From Longimicrobiales bacterium (GTDB taxonomy: Bacteria > Gemmatimonadota > Gemmatimonadetes > Longimicrobiales > Gaopeijiaceae), in assembly GCA_965238005.1 (NCBI GenBank), contig OZ250165.1, forward strand, positions 1,728,001 through 1,792,000: a stretch of DNA of 64,000 nucleotides, read 5' to 3'. Below, piece after piece: positions 17,638 through 28,326 of the stretch (its first letter is position 1; each line of letters begins with the position of its first letter). A program made the translations under genes and the position numbers. The notes beneath the pieces are model-generated. The model was not told where the DNA came from. It saw only the letters and a program-made list of their open reading frames with translations, and did no database searches.

Positions 17638-18336
17638 ATGACTGCGGCGACAGCGGGTATCGAAGACGTGAGATGGATCAACGAACGGCTCGAGGGAGCA
17701 CATCCTTCGGACGCCATTCGCTGGGCCGTCGAGAACGTAACGCCCGGGCGGCTGATCGTGGCTTCTTCGTTCGGGTCCACGGGGATGGTGAATCTTCACC
17801 TGCTCGCGGAGATCGCGCCTCAGGTGCCCGTTGCATTCGTGGACACGCTGTACCACTTCCCTGAGACCCTGGAGCATGCCGAGCGGGTGAAGGCACACTA
17901 TGGCCTCGATGTGCGCGTCTACCGGCCCGCCGCGTCACGTGCGGCGTTCGAGGCGAGGTACGGGGAGCGGTTGTGGGAACGTGACTTGGAACTCTTTCAT
18001 CGACTCACGCGGGTCGAGCCCATGAAGCGGGCCCTCCGTGGCGTGGAGGGATGGATCACCGGGCGGCGCCGGGACCAGGCAGCCAGCCGTGCCGCTCTGG
18101 CCCACGTGGAGGTTGGGGATCGCATCAAGATCAACCCGCTGGCCTCTTGGCCGGCCGAAGAGGTTTGGTCCTTCATCCGCGCGAACGGGGTGCCGTACAA
18201 CCCGCTCCACGACCTCGGCTACCAGAGCCTCGGCGACCAACCTCTGACAACGCCCGTTTCCGAGGAAGAGCACGAGCGGGCCGGTCGGTGGAGGGGGAGC
18301 CAACGTTTGGAATGCGGCATACACGCCCTGACGTAA
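17638..18336 (+). CDS. cysH: Phosphoadenylyl-sulfate (PAPS/APS) reductase
   Basis: SSFG, DTLYHFPETL, WITGRRRDQ, ERAGRW, C-terminal ECGIH; lacks the CC and CxxC Fe-S ligands. Confidence 0.93.
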   Translation: MTAATAGIEDVRWINERLEGAHPSDAIRWAVENVTPGRLIVASSFGSTGMVNLHLLAEIAPQVPVAFVDTLYHFPETLEHAERVKAHYGLDVRVYRPAASRAAFEARYGERLWERDLELFHRLTRVEPMKRALRGVEGWITGRRRDQAASRAALAHVEVGDRIKINPLASWPAEEVWSFIRANGVPYNPLHDLGYQSLGDQPLTTPVSEEEHERAGRWRGSQRLECGIHALT

Positions 18337-18721
18337 AGCTTCATGCGGCACACGCCCACCAAATGACAGGCGCATGCTTGTCGTTACGCAAGAGACAGCC
18401 AGCTCGGTAGGTTAGGGTGGGGAACACGGCCACGCCCTGTAGAGAAGGGCACGCCAGTGGTTGCTTGCTCCGGCTACCGGCACCGACCTACTGCGAGCCC
18501 CGCTGGCTAGAGCTCGCGACTTCAGATAACGCCGCGCTCCCACTCGGGCCCTCGGGTACGCTTCGCTGGTTGGGCGAGTAGGTAGCAGAGTAGGCTGCGG
18601 GCCTGGCGCTTTGGGGCACCGTGTCTCGCTCTTCACTCGACGCGCCGCCGGGCAAGTGTTCGCTCCTCGCGTGCGCGGCGTTATAGATTGACCACCCCCT
18701 TGTGAATGCTGGCAGGTGGCC

Positions 18722-19813
18722 ATGACGACAATGACGGACATCGAGTGGGAGGAGTGCCTGCTGGAGCCGAGAGCGAGCCCCGAGCTCGAGCAGCGCTTCA
18801 TACGCGAGGTCGGCCGTTCTGGTCGGACGCTCCGATTCCTCAAAGGCTGCAGTTGGCTCGGTGATGCCGTGATTCGGCTGTCGGTCGAGCTCCAAACCCG
18901 CGTGTTTCTGGAGCCGGACCTCGCGGACCAAGTGGGGCTCGTGGTGAGTCAGGACAACTCCTGCCGATACTGCTTCGGCGCCCAGCGCGCGTTTCTCCGC
19001 ATTCTCGGCATGAAGGAGGCCCGCATCGCTCGCCTCGAGCAGGATCTCCTCACCGGTGACTTCACGCCTCAGGAGCGCGCGGCGATCGAGTTTGCAAGAC
19101 GTGTTTCACGGTCCTCTCCCCTCGCGTCGCAAGTCGATCTCGAGGCGTTGCGAAGGGGAGGCTTCTCGGACGCCGAGGTCTCCGAGCTCGCAGGTCTGAT
19201 CGGGCTGTACCTCTTCTTCAACAAGCTCTCCACGATGCTCGCGCTGGCGCCGGGACCCATAGAGCAGCTTCCCGATTCTTGGTGGGTGTGCATCACGCGA
19301 CCGTTGATGGCCATCAAACTTCGTCGGATTCGGAAGACGGCACGGCGGGTCGACCTCAGGGCGGAGGAGAAGACCGGGCCGTTCTCCGCAGTCGTCGTCG
19401 GTCTGGACGGCCTGCCGATGGCTCGCCAGCTGAGAATCGTGCTCGACCGGATGTGGTCGTCCAACGCGATCACCCCCCGGGCCGTTCCTCTCGTCTTCGC
19501 GGTCATCGCACGCGCCCTTGGCTGCGCGGCTTCGGAGCGGGAGGCCACACGGCTACTCGTGGAGCGAGGGCTCACCGTGGAGGAGGTGCAAGAGATCCTG
19601 ACCCACCTCGCATCCCCGGCTCTCGACGAGATCGAAGGCGAGATCGTCCCTCTCGCGCGCGAGACGGTCTGGTACCAGCCCGCACAGATTCAAAGGAGGT
19701 GTCGCGAGTTCCAAGCCCTCGTGACCCGCGAGCAGATGCTCGAGTTCCTCGGCGCGGCATCGCTCGCGAATGCGGTCTGCAGGCTCGGCGTCGTGAGCGA
19801 CGCCTTCGAGTGA
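18722..19813 (+). CDS. AhpD/carboxymuconolactone decarboxylase-like protein, duplicated domain
   Basis: VVSQDNSCRYC (CxxC) in domain 1; domain 2 has ARALGCAAS. Confidence 0.75.
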   Translation: MTTMTDIEWEECLLEPRASPELEQRFIREVGRSGRTLRFLKGCSWLGDAVIRLSVELQTRVFLEPDLADQVGLVVSQDNSCRYCFGAQRAFLRILGMKEARIARLEQDLLTGDFTPQERAAIEFARRVSRSSPLASQVDLEALRRGGFSDAEVSELAGLIGLYLFFNKLSTMLALAPGPIEQLPDSWWVCITRPLMAIKLRRIRKTARRVDLRAEEKTGPFSAVVVGLDGLPMARQLRIVLDRMWSSNAITPRAVPLVFAVIARALGCAASEREATRLLVERGLTVEEVQEILTHLASPALDEIEGEIVPLARETVWYQPAQIQRRCREFQALVTREQMLEFLGAASLANAVCRLGVVSDAFE

Positions 19814-20637
19814 CCTTCCTCTGGATCGCCCTGCTCGGCGCTTTGGCGTTAGGCCTCGGGGTCTTCGCCTGGCGCAGCGAGCGGGAGGCCCGGCGGCTGA
19901 GGGACAGGCTGGAACGCGCGGCCGTCGAGCTCGAGAACTTGCAGATGAGCTTCAGTCGGTTCGCTCCGGACGACGTGATCGAGAAGATCATCGCGGACGG
20001 CACGGCGGACATCGGAGAGAAGAAGGAGGTCACGGCCCTGTTTGCCGACCTCGTCGGATTCACGGCCATGAGCGAGAGCACGCCGCCGACGGTCCTCGTG
20101 AGAGTCCTCAACGGCTATTTCGAACGCATGAGCCAGGCGATCACCAGCCATCGCGGCTATGTGTCCACGTTCATCGGCGATGGCATCCTAGCCCTCTTCG
20201 GCGCGATGGTGCCGAATCCGTGGCAGGGCAACGATGCCGTCCACGCGGCGCTCGCCATGCGCCGCGCTCTCACGGCCTACAACGAGGAACTCGCTGCCGA
20301 GGGGCTTCCAGGGCTGACGCTGGGGATCGGGCTGCAGCGTGGCACAGGCGTCGCTGGGTTGGTCGGCAGCCGGCAGCTGAAAGAGTTCACCTTCGTAGGG
20401 GGCACGGTGAACGTGGCGGCGCGCGTGCAGGACCTGACGCGAGTCCACCCAGCGGACATCATCGTGACGCAGACGCTCCGGGATTCGCTCGATCCCCGTT
20501 TCCAGCTACGCGCGCTTCCGGACACGCTCGTGAAGGGAATCGAGAAGCCCATTGCCATCTACGCTGTCGATGGCTTCGATAAAGATGGGAGTGTGTCTCA
20601 AGCGAATCAAAGTCGCGCGAGCCCACGTCCCGCGTGA
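19810..20637 (+). CDS. Membrane-anchored class III adenylate/guanylate cyclase
   Basis: GTGA overlap; N-terminal TM and coiled coil; LFADLVGFT, FIGDG, TVNVAARVQ. Confidence 0.9.
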   Translation: MTFLWIALLGALALGLGVFAWRSEREARRLRDRLERAAVELENLQMSFSRFAPDDVIEKIIADGTADIGEKKEVTALFADLVGFTAMSESTPPTVLVRVLNGYFERMSQAITSHRGYVSTFIGDGILALFGAMVPNPWQGNDAVHAALAMRRALTAYNEELAAEGLPGLTLGIGLQRGTGVAGLVGSRQLKEFTFVGGTVNVAARVQDLTRVHPADIIVTQTLRDSLDPRFQLRALPDTLVKGIEKPIAIYAVDGFDKDGSVSQANQSRASPRPA

Positions 20638-20861
20638 CGGGCGGGAATCGCCGCGGGCTGTCCCCCCGTAGAGGGTTCGGTGGCCGAGTCGTTCCCGGTC
20701 ATGCCCCCCGTGCCGGGTTCTGCTCCCGACAGGGCACGAGGTGTCCCTCGCGGCCGCCAGTTGATCCCAGAGGAGTCAGGTCGAGTGACATCGGTCCCGC
20801 CATGGATGACTCAAAATCCCCCGAGAATCAGCGCGGATGGAGTTTTCGCGGAGCACGCCGC

Positions 20862-21446
20862 TCAGGTAATGTCGTGGATGCTCGCGGGCTGCGGCCTCGT
20901 TCCCTCCGCAACTTCTCGGATGATCTGCGACAGGTCTCCGGAGACTGGGTCGTGAGGCACCAGCTCCAGCGCCCTGCTCACGAAGCTCTCGGCCTCGGCG
21001 AGGTCGCCGCCCAGAAGATGGGCCAAAGCCAGGTTCGCCATGAGTCCAGGGTCGTCGGGGCGGGCGTCTAGGGCGGCCTGGCAGCACTGGAGCGCGAGCT
21101 CCGTGTTCTCGGCCTCGAAGGCGGCAAGCCCGGTGTCCCGAGCCACGTCGGGTTGATCCGGGGCGAGTGCCATCGCCTTCTTGAACCAGAAGAGGGATTC
21201 CGCCTGGCTTTCCATCCGTTGGTGGATCTTCCCCAGCATCCACATGGACTGCCACCCCTTGGGGTTGATCTCCAACGCCCCCTGGAAGCGCTCGATCGCT
21301 TTCTGCAGCTTGCGCCGTGCGAACATCCCCGGCCTTCCGGAGGGGCCGCTCCCGTCGAGGAAGACTTCGCCCTCTATGAGGGACGAGCCCTCATCGAAGA
21401 TCTCATCGTGCCGTGCCGCGTCGGCGGGCGAGATATCGTCCGACAT
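20862..21446 (-). CDS. Tetratricopeptide repeat protein
   Basis: TPR-like repeats (ALEINP, AMALAPD, ALDARPDD); AGGAAG SD. Confidence 0.8.
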   Translation of the reverse strand: MSDDISPADAARHDEIFDEGSSLIEGEVFLDGSGPSGRPGMFARRKLQKAIERFQGALEINPKGWQSMWMLGKIHQRMESQAESLFWFKKAMALAPDQPDVARDTGLAAFEAENTELALQCCQAALDARPDDPGLMANLALAHLLGGDLAEAESFVSRALELVPHDPVSGDLSQIIREVAEGTRPQPASIHDIT

Positions 21447-22759
21447 GCTCGCTTCCTTTCTTCCAAGAGATCGCTGATCCGCATGACTCAAAGCTTCCCG
21501 GCTCGGGAGTGGACCGCAAGAAGTTTGGCCGACCGCGTACCGGTGGTCACCTGATCGCGAAGCCAATCTCCCTCAGCCACTCCTCCGGCAGGGACCCCGT
21601 ACAGCGGCCCACGAGCGACTGGATTCGCTGGATCTCCGCCTCCGAGGGGCTCACCGCGCTACGGTTCGCTTTCTCAAGCCACTCGCCTACGGCCCGTCGC
21701 GCTGCGATGGCGACCGGCTCCTGTCCCTCAAGCACGCGTCCCACCCCTACACCGTCCCCACCTACCCTCGCTAGGCAGCGGTCGCCATGTGGTCTGGGAC
21801 TCGGAGACACCTGGGTTCGGCCTTCGAGTATATCCGAGTGATCGCAAGGCCTTCGTCCTCTCGTACCGATTCCAGGGACGGAAGCGGCTGCTCACGCTCG
21901 GGACCTACGGTGTTCTCACCGTGCAGCAGGGTAGGGAGGCGGCCCGGAAGGCTCTCGGCCAGGTAGCTGCGGGCCATGACCCTCTCGAGGGTCGGAAGGA
22001 CTCTCGGCGGCATCGGGTGACACTCAAGGAGCACGCCGAGGAGTGGTCTGAGGCGGAGGGTAGGGTGCGGCGGAGGTCCTGGTTTAGCGGGATGACGAGA
22101 GACGCCTGGACAAGCACATCCTACCAGCTTTGGGCTCGAAGGCGTTGGAATCCATCACCGAACGGGACTGCGAGCGACTCCACGCGAAGGTGACCGAGCG
22201 AGGTCCGGTAAAGGCGAACAGGACGCTCGAGCTCCTCCGCCTGGTCCTGAATGTGGCGATGAACGATGGGCTGATTGATAGGAACCCCGCCGCCCGATCT
22301 TGGCGTTCGAAGCGTGGAAATCGAGAGCGGAGCCGGACCCGCTACCTCAAGAAGGACGAGTTCCAGGCGTTCACCAAGGCGGTCGAAGAAGAACAGAACC
22401 CGTATGTGCGAGCCGTGGTCTGGCTCCTGCTGCTCACGGGCGCACGGTCACAGTCGGAGCTTCTACGACTACGGTGGGATGGCATCGATTGGGACGGTGG
22501 GCTGATCGCCCTCCACCGCTCGAAGACCGACGACGTACTCACTCTGCCGTTATCGGATGCAGCTCGCGAGATCCTCGCCTCGTTACCTCGCGAGGCATCG
22601 AATCCCTACGTGTTCCCAGGTAGGGCACCCGGGACACATCGGATGACGATCAGGAAGCCATTCGAGCGGATCCGTGAGAAGGCGGGGCTGACAGGCGATC
22701 GGTCTGTAACCCTGCATGACCTGAGGAGAACCGCCGGTTCGCTCATGGCCCAGGCTAGG

Positions 22760-24362
22760 GAGTCTGCGCCGCAGAAGCACAGCTGACTGAGCCGAATGGT
22801 CATCGAGCCGTCCGCGGCGAGGCGGATCCGGGTGATTGGGAGGTTGAGGACTTGTGTCTGCGACGGATCGGGAGAGCGGAATGGATGCGTTGGGGGGGGG
22901 CAAGAGAGCTACGAGAGCCCTCGCGCCGGCAGATGCGGGTGAACCCTCGTGCAGTCATGCCGCCTGAAGGGTGTGCAGCCGCTTCACATTGAGTGCCAGG
23001 CACACGAGGGTCCACTCGGCCCGGACCTTCTCGAGGCCCCGGAAGCTGAATCGTCGAAAGCCCATCACTTCCTTGATCCAGCCGATGGGCGCCTCGGCCT
23101 GCGACTTTCGCCGTGCGTAGCGTCTGCGGCCATCTTCGCTCGCCAGCTTCTCCGCCATGCGGACTTTCGCCGGATATTCCTCCTTGTCAACCGTGGGGGC
23201 GGCCTTGCCCTCCCGGGCCAGCGCCACATACCCGTCGATGTCTCGCTCTTCCAGTTCCTCGAGATCCCGCTCGTTGCAATAGCCCGTGTCCGCCAGCACC
23301 TGCGCCGGCGTCTCGCCGTACGCTTGCGCCACCGCGTCGACCATGGGCACCAGCTGGCCCTGGTCGCTCGCGTTGTCCGTCACCTCGGCCCCGACCACCA
23401 GCTGGTTCTCCCCCTCCACGACCGTCTGTGCGTTGTAGCACTGCTGGAACCCCTCCGAACTCGTCTTCATGATCCGGCTCTCAGGGTCCGTGAAGTTGCT
23501 CTGCGCCGCCTCGTCCGGCTCTCCGTACTCCCGCTTGTAGGGCCTGCCGCCCTTCGGGTTGCGCGTCTGCCCCGGCTTGCGGCCCCGTGCGTCGTCCGCC
23601 GCTCTCTGCTCGGCTTCCAGGCGCGCCTTCGCCTCCCGGATCGCCGCCAGCCGGTCCTCGCGCCGCTTGAGCTCCTCCGGCACCTCGTCTCCGCATGCTT
23701 CCTCGCCGTAGCGCTCGTCTTCCGCTTCGTCCACCGCCTCGGCCCTCTCCAACAGCCCCCGGATCTCCGCCTCCAGCCGAGGCTCCCCGGTCACCATCCG
23801 GCCGTAGCTCATCGCCTTGCGCTTGTTCGCGTTCGCCCGAACCTTCGTCCCGTCCACCGACACCCTGCCAAGCCCCGCCAGCCCCAAGGCCCGCGCGAGC
23901 ATCACCACCTCCACAAACACCGCCCGGAAATCCCCGAGATGGCGCTTGCGGAACTCGCACAGCGTCCGGTGCTTCGGGAAGTTCTCCGCCGCCAGCATCC
24001 GAAACGCGACATCCTCCTCCAGCTTCCTCGCCATCTTCCGCGACGAGAAGGTGCCCGTCGCATACGCGTAGATCAGCACCTTGACCATCATCCGAGGGTC
24101 GTACGGCGAGTTGCGCCGCCCGTCCCCCCGGTACCGCCCGTAGAACGCGCTCAGCTCCACCGCGTCCACCAGGTCGCTCACATGGTGCGCCAAATGACCC
24201 TCCGACACCCACTCCCGAAGATCCGGAGGCAGCAACAACATCTGCTCCGGATCGTACGGTCGAAATGTCGTTCCCATTCACCCCCCTCGGTGATCCGCAA
24301 GCCTTCCCAATGCCTTCGCTACCACCAAAGATAGCCGCCGCAGGGTTCTGCGGCGCAGACTC
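22760..24362 (-). mobile_element. IS1182-family element, copy 1
   Basis: 16-bp IR GAGTCTGCGCCGCAGA; CTAGG duplicated on both flanks. Confidence 0.95.
22955..24277 (-). CDS. IS1182-family transposase
   Basis: PYDPRMMVKVLIYAY, SSRKMA, VDGTKV, LADTGY, EAPIGWIK. Confidence 0.93.
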   Translation of the reverse strand: MGTTFRPYDPEQMLLLPPDLREWVSEGHLAHHVSDLVDAVELSAFYGRYRGDGRRNSPYDPRMMVKVLIYAYATGTFSSRKMARKLEEDVAFRMLAAENFPKHRTLCEFRKRHLGDFRAVFVEVVMLARALGLAGLGRVSVDGTKVRANANKRKAMSYGRMVTGEPRLEAEIRGLLERAEAVDEAEDERYGEEACGDEVPEELKRREDRLAAIREAKARLEAEQRAADDARGRKPGQTRNPKGGRPYKREYGEPDEAAQSNFTDPESRIMKTSSEGFQQCYNAQTVVEGENQLVVGAEVTDNASDQGQLVPMVDAVAQAYGETPAQVLADTGYCNERDLEELEERDIDGYVALAREGKAAPTVDKEEYPAKVRMAEKLASEDGRRRYARRKSQAEAPIGWIKEVMGFRRFSFRGLEKVRAEWTLVCLALNVKRLHTLQAA

Positions 24363-25116
24363 CTAGGGTGCCCTTGTACCACATCAGGGCCGTCCTGGGG
24401 CACAAGAGCGAGGCTGTGACGCAGGTCTATGCGCGGCTGGGAGAGGACGACACCAAGGGAGCGGTGGACGTTCTCGGCTCGTCGGTTTCACGACTTCAGG
24501 AGGTGCCCGATTCTGTAGACACGGATGCCCTGGACTCGGAGGAGGCAGCGCTCCGGGCACGCCTCGCAGAGATTGAAAACACGCGTCAGGGGGCTACCGA
24601 TGGGTAAGTCATCCAGGCCACCAAGCGAGCCACCGCCAGACCTGAGCGTAAGCGGCCTGGAGCCTGAGTGGATTGGTCCCCTGATCGGGGACGAGGAAGC
24701 CTACGATCGCTAGCTCTTCGTAGAGTTGGTGGATGAGATGGTGCCGAAACTGAAGGAGAGTTTGGTTGAGGATGTCCTGTCGAAAGCCGAGGAGCTAATC
24801 GGTGACGTCCCGATCGGTGACGTCTCAAGTCCGGCCGAGCGAGGGCCGATGGAGCGTTTCCAAATGCTGCCTGGTCTCGTCGCGAGTGGGGACGACTTCG
24901 AAGATCTAGAGGTCCTGAAGGTGCAGCCGGACAAGAGTGTGGACGTCCCGCCGAAGGCAAGGGAGGTCCTGAAGACTCTAAGGTCCTGAAGCTCCCAGAA
25001 GAAGACCCGAAGGATCTGAATCTCCCGGACGACCTGAACGACTTGAACGAAGAGGAGCTCCTGGAAGTCAGGCACTCCTAGGAGCCCCGGACGACCTGAC
25101 CCGAGAGGCTGCCGAA

Positions 25117-25941
25117 TTGGAGTTATCCGAAGCACTGGAGATCGCAGGGTTGTCAGAGGAGGGCGATGCCACGGCGTTCAAGGAAGCGTTCAGCGATTGG
25201 TGCAAACAGTGGCACCTAGACAACCGCTGGCAGCATGTCGCCGCCCTTCAAACCCTGGTCTCCATGACGCAGGGTTGGAAGTCGGAGGATCTCACCACTC
25301 TCGATTCTTGGACACTCCCGACAGAGAGGCTACGCCCGGCCCATCGCGAACTGAAGCTGACCCCCGTCCATCGCGAACTGCGGCTACCCCCCCTTGTTTG
25401 GATCCCGACGGAACAGGCTTGGGCCGCATTCCAGCGCGACGTCCGCAGCAGGGTCAAGGAGGAACTGGCAAGGTTCAAGAAGGAAGCAGAAGCTCAGTTT
25501 GAAGCAAGCCGGCTAGAGCGCATCAAGTCGAAGCGCAGCGACCCGAAGATGCGGGATGTGCTCCGCTTTCAGATTGAAGGAAAGACCAAGGAAGAGGCGG
25601 ACGCCCATTTCGGAAGAGACGAATTGGAGCGTATCGAGTCAAAGCCAACCGCCCTGCCCGTACGTATCCTCATTCGCTTTCAGATTGATGGATGGAAAAA
25701 GGCTAGGATCATTGATGAGTTTTGGTCAGATGAGCTGTGCAAGCTGACGGGCAATAAGAGGGTTGTCGCCGGGGAAAACCTGGATCGCCGAGTCCGCCGA
25801 TCAGATCACCTTGAGCATTGTTCTGAACGGAGCTGTGCCTCTGCCTCAGCTCCGATCAGGATGTCACCAACTTGGTCCGGAGGGTCTGTCCCGTCCCCCC
25901 TGTCACATTCGGGGCTCCTCATTCGTTTCCATACTCGATGA
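25117..25941 (+). CDS. Hypothetical protein with an internal duplication, probably degraded
   Basis: ERIKSK...RFQIEGKTK and ERIESK...RFQIDGWKK repeat. Confidence 0.4.
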   Translation: MELSEALEIAGLSEEGDATAFKEAFSDWCKQWHLDNRWQHVAALQTLVSMTQGWKSEDLTTLDSWTLPTERLRPAHRELKLTPVHRELRLPPLVWIPTEQAWAAFQRDVRSRVKEELARFKKEAEAQFEASRLERIKSKRSDPKMRDVLRFQIEGKTKEEADAHFGRDELERIESKPTALPVRILIRFQIDGWKKARIIDEFWSDELCKLTGNKRVVAGENLDRRVRRSDHLEHCSERSCASASAPIRMSPTWSGGSVPSPLSHSGLLIRFHTR

Positions 25942-25978
25942 GAACTTCTAGCCAAGAATATGAAATACGGAGTACCCA

Positions 25979-26344
25979 ATGAAATTGACAGAGTCCCTCC
26001 TTGTGGCGGTGGATATTGCCCTTGCGGTGATGGCTTTGGTGCTGGTGGGGTGCGGCGACGACCCGATCGGCCCTGAGATGGGAACCGTCGAGGTGGAGGT
26101 TACCATGTCAGGGGTAGCCTTCAACGAAGACGGATTCGTCGTCGATCTGGACGATGGCGCCCAGACCGAGGACGTCGACGTCTCAGGCAGCGTCACCTTG
26201 GAGGTGGAGGCGGGCGATCACACCGTGGAGCTGACGGATATCGCGGTGAACTGCATGGTGGATGTTGACAACCCCGTTCCCGTCACGGTGACGGCGGGAG
26301 AGACGTCCACCGCGAGCTTCGCGGTTACCTGCGTGTTGACGTAG
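25979..26344 (+). CDS. Hypothetical lipoprotein (PEGA/Ig-like beta domain)
   Basis: LVGC lipobox; beta-rich sequence. Confidence 0.7.
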   Translation: MKLTESLLVAVDIALAVMALVLVGCGDDPIGPEMGTVEVEVTMSGVAFNEDGFVVDLDDGAQTEDVDVSGSVTLEVEAGDHTVELTDIAVNCMVDVDNPVPVTVTAGETSTASFAVTCVLT

Positions 26345-26379
26345 CTCACTAAGGAGTTGCAGCAGAAGCGCCAAGGAAA

Positions 26380-27207
26380 ATGGAGGGGGAAGGGAAAGGG
26401 CAAGCCGAAGGTCAAGAAGAAGGGCTAGGCGTCGTCTTCCTTCCGCCTCCTAGCTGCGAACCCGAGTACGGTTCAGTGGATCGGCACCATCTGGAGACGC
26501 TGCTCCTTAATCAGCTTCTGATCGCCGTTGAAAAAGCGGACGACCGCAACGGTCTCAATGCCTCTTTCGAGGGTGAGGTTAACGAGCGTCGGTTCAAGCT
26601 TGTACGCCGCACCAGTGATGCGGCCTTCCTTGAGCGAGATCAGGCCATCCAAGAAGCGCGCAATGGGAGGCCGGTGCTTTCGCTGGAGCCTCAGTCATAC
26701 GGAAAGATTGGCGACAAACGAACAGCAGATATTCGCGTCAGAAACAAGGGTGGCGCGGCCGAAGTCTATGGAGTGATTGACTATTTTCGGTTGGAGCTCA
26801 AGCGTCATGGCCGTTTCATAACCTCACAACCCATCGTATGGGCGAAAAAACAACCCGATGCGCGTGATCCGAGGAAGATACTTCTAGAGTTGGAGCAGTA
26901 TTGTGATTTCCGTATAGCCGAGATGGAACCTATGGATGGGGACACGTTCCTCTATGCCGCTGACCATTGGATCATGAGGGACGGTGCGCTGTGGAATGCT
27001 AGTCATCCGTCGAAGCTAAGCAACGGAGCGAGGGCGTTCCTGGTAAGGATCAGGATTGCATCGAATCCTGAACCCGTTGGTTCCACCCTGGCTCAATGGT
27101 TTGAAGTTTCACCGATTGTCGGGATAGAGCAGACTGATCCGCCGCAGTGGGTCGGGGAGATCGACGAAAAGAAGGCAGAACGCCTTCGAGATATGCGCGG
27201 TGTCTAG
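26380..27207 (+). CDS. Hypothetical protein
   Basis: 275-aa ORF with lower GC; start uncertain. Confidence 0.5.
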   Translation: MEGEGKGQAEGQEEGLGVVFLPPPSCEPEYGSVDRHHLETLLLNQLLIAVEKADDRNGLNASFEGEVNERRFKLVRRTSDAAFLERDQAIQEARNGRPVLSLEPQSYGKIGDKRTADIRVRNKGGAAEVYGVIDYFRLELKRHGRFITSQPIVWAKKQPDARDPRKILLELEQYCDFRIAEMEPMDGDTFLYAADHWIMRDGALWNASHPSKLSNGARAFLVRIRIASNPEPVGSTLAQWFEVSPIVGIEQTDPPQWVGEIDEKKAERLRDMRGV

Positions 27208-27390
27208 GAGGAGTGAGTCTCACTCCTCGGTTGCCTCCAGTAGCCCCACTACCTCCTCCACCGACCAAGAAGGTGCCACCTGGTGAGCTTCAGCACAGTT
27301 CACGGGTCAGCCCGAAGAACAGGCTCCCAAGTGGCGTCCCCTGCGGGACTGGATCGAGGGGCGATGAGAACGGTGGACGTCCCCCGCACC

Positions 27391-27780
27391 TTATGGACTA
27401 GGCCACCCACCCTCCGGCCCGTCGCCCGTGATGGTCAGCAGGAGCGCCGTGTCCTCGAGGGCCCGGATGTCCTGGGCGTGGCCCGGTCCGAAGAAGAGGA
27501 CGTCCCCCTGGCCGATCTCGAACTCCTCGTCGCCCACACGGTAGTGGAGGCGCCCCTGGAGAGCCTGAAGGGTCATGGGCGAGGCGGCGTGATGGGTGCC
27601 CACCTCTACGCCCTCGGCGATCAGCGTGAGGGTTAGCCTGAGCGGCCCCGCCTTGACCAGGGTCCGGCCGACCCGGCCGCTCCGGACGTAGCGCTCGTCC
27701 CGGCGGAGCTCGGCGATCTGCTCATCCAGGTCGAAGGTGAGGTTCTCTCCGGTGAGAGCACGGGTGATGGACGACAGCGA
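27391..27780 (-). CDS. Cupin-domain protein
   Basis: GRTLVKAGPLRLTL, HHAASPMTLQALQG; start uncertain. Confidence 0.75.
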   Translation of the reverse strand, partial: SLSSITRALTGENLTFDLDEQIAELRRDERYVRSGRVGRTLVKAGPLRLTLTLIAEGVEVGTHHAASPMTLQALQGRLHYRVGDEEFEIGQGDVLFFGPGHAQDIRALEDTALLLTITGDGPEGGWPSP

Positions 27781-28326
27781 GACCTCCGGGCCGGAGAAGC
27801 GATGAGGTGGTGGTATGAACGATAGCCTGCCGGCTCGCTGGGCGTCAAAACCCGGCCTCGATCCGAACCGACGACGCCCGCTTCGCGGGGCTCGGTGAAG
27901 CGTACGTATCTTTACATCGTGAGTATACGTACGGAGGTTTCCATGTCCAAGAGCGTCGAGCACCGGCACTGGGAGATCTTCACTCATGACTCCGGGAATC
28001 CCGACGAGCTCGAGCGGAGGGCCACGGGAGATAGAGACGACACAGCCGTTGACCGGGGCGGTGGCGATGGTCTTCTTCACGAGGCTACTTTAGACGCTCA
28101 TGCCGCTGGCCTTCCGATCGGAGGGCGCCCCAGGAGGTTGAGCTATGCACGACGCCGAGTCTCCCGCGAACTTGTCCGGGGCACAGGATCTCGCCAGGGG
28201 CTTCAACGCCTTCGGCCTTCGCCTGTAATGGTGAGTTGACACGGTGACGGCCACGTGATCGGTCGGAAGCAGAGCCACCCAAGACTGGGCTCCCGACTCT
28301 TCGCTGGGACTTCTGGATGAGCTGGG

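Larger units (their letters stand above)
21789..24607 (+). pseudogene. Tyrosine integrase with Arm-DNA-binding domain; frameshifted and split by IS1182
   Basis: VWDSETPGFGLRV, LLTGAR, LHDLRRT, and after the IS VPLYHIRAVLGH...TQVYA; frameshift near 22080-22130. Confidence 0.9.

Noticed and set aside
20806..21492. ATGACTCAAA on both sides of the TPR gene as att or TSD
   Set aside because: Only 10 bp with no supporting structure; could be chance
22949..24334. 461-aa, 266-aa and other ORFs overlapping each IS1182 copy
   Set aside because: Antisense or alternate-frame shadows of the GC-rich transposase
24905..25050. GGTCCTGAAG short repeats as iterons
   Set aside because: Irregular spacing, no rep gene; more likely degraded low-complexity coding sequence
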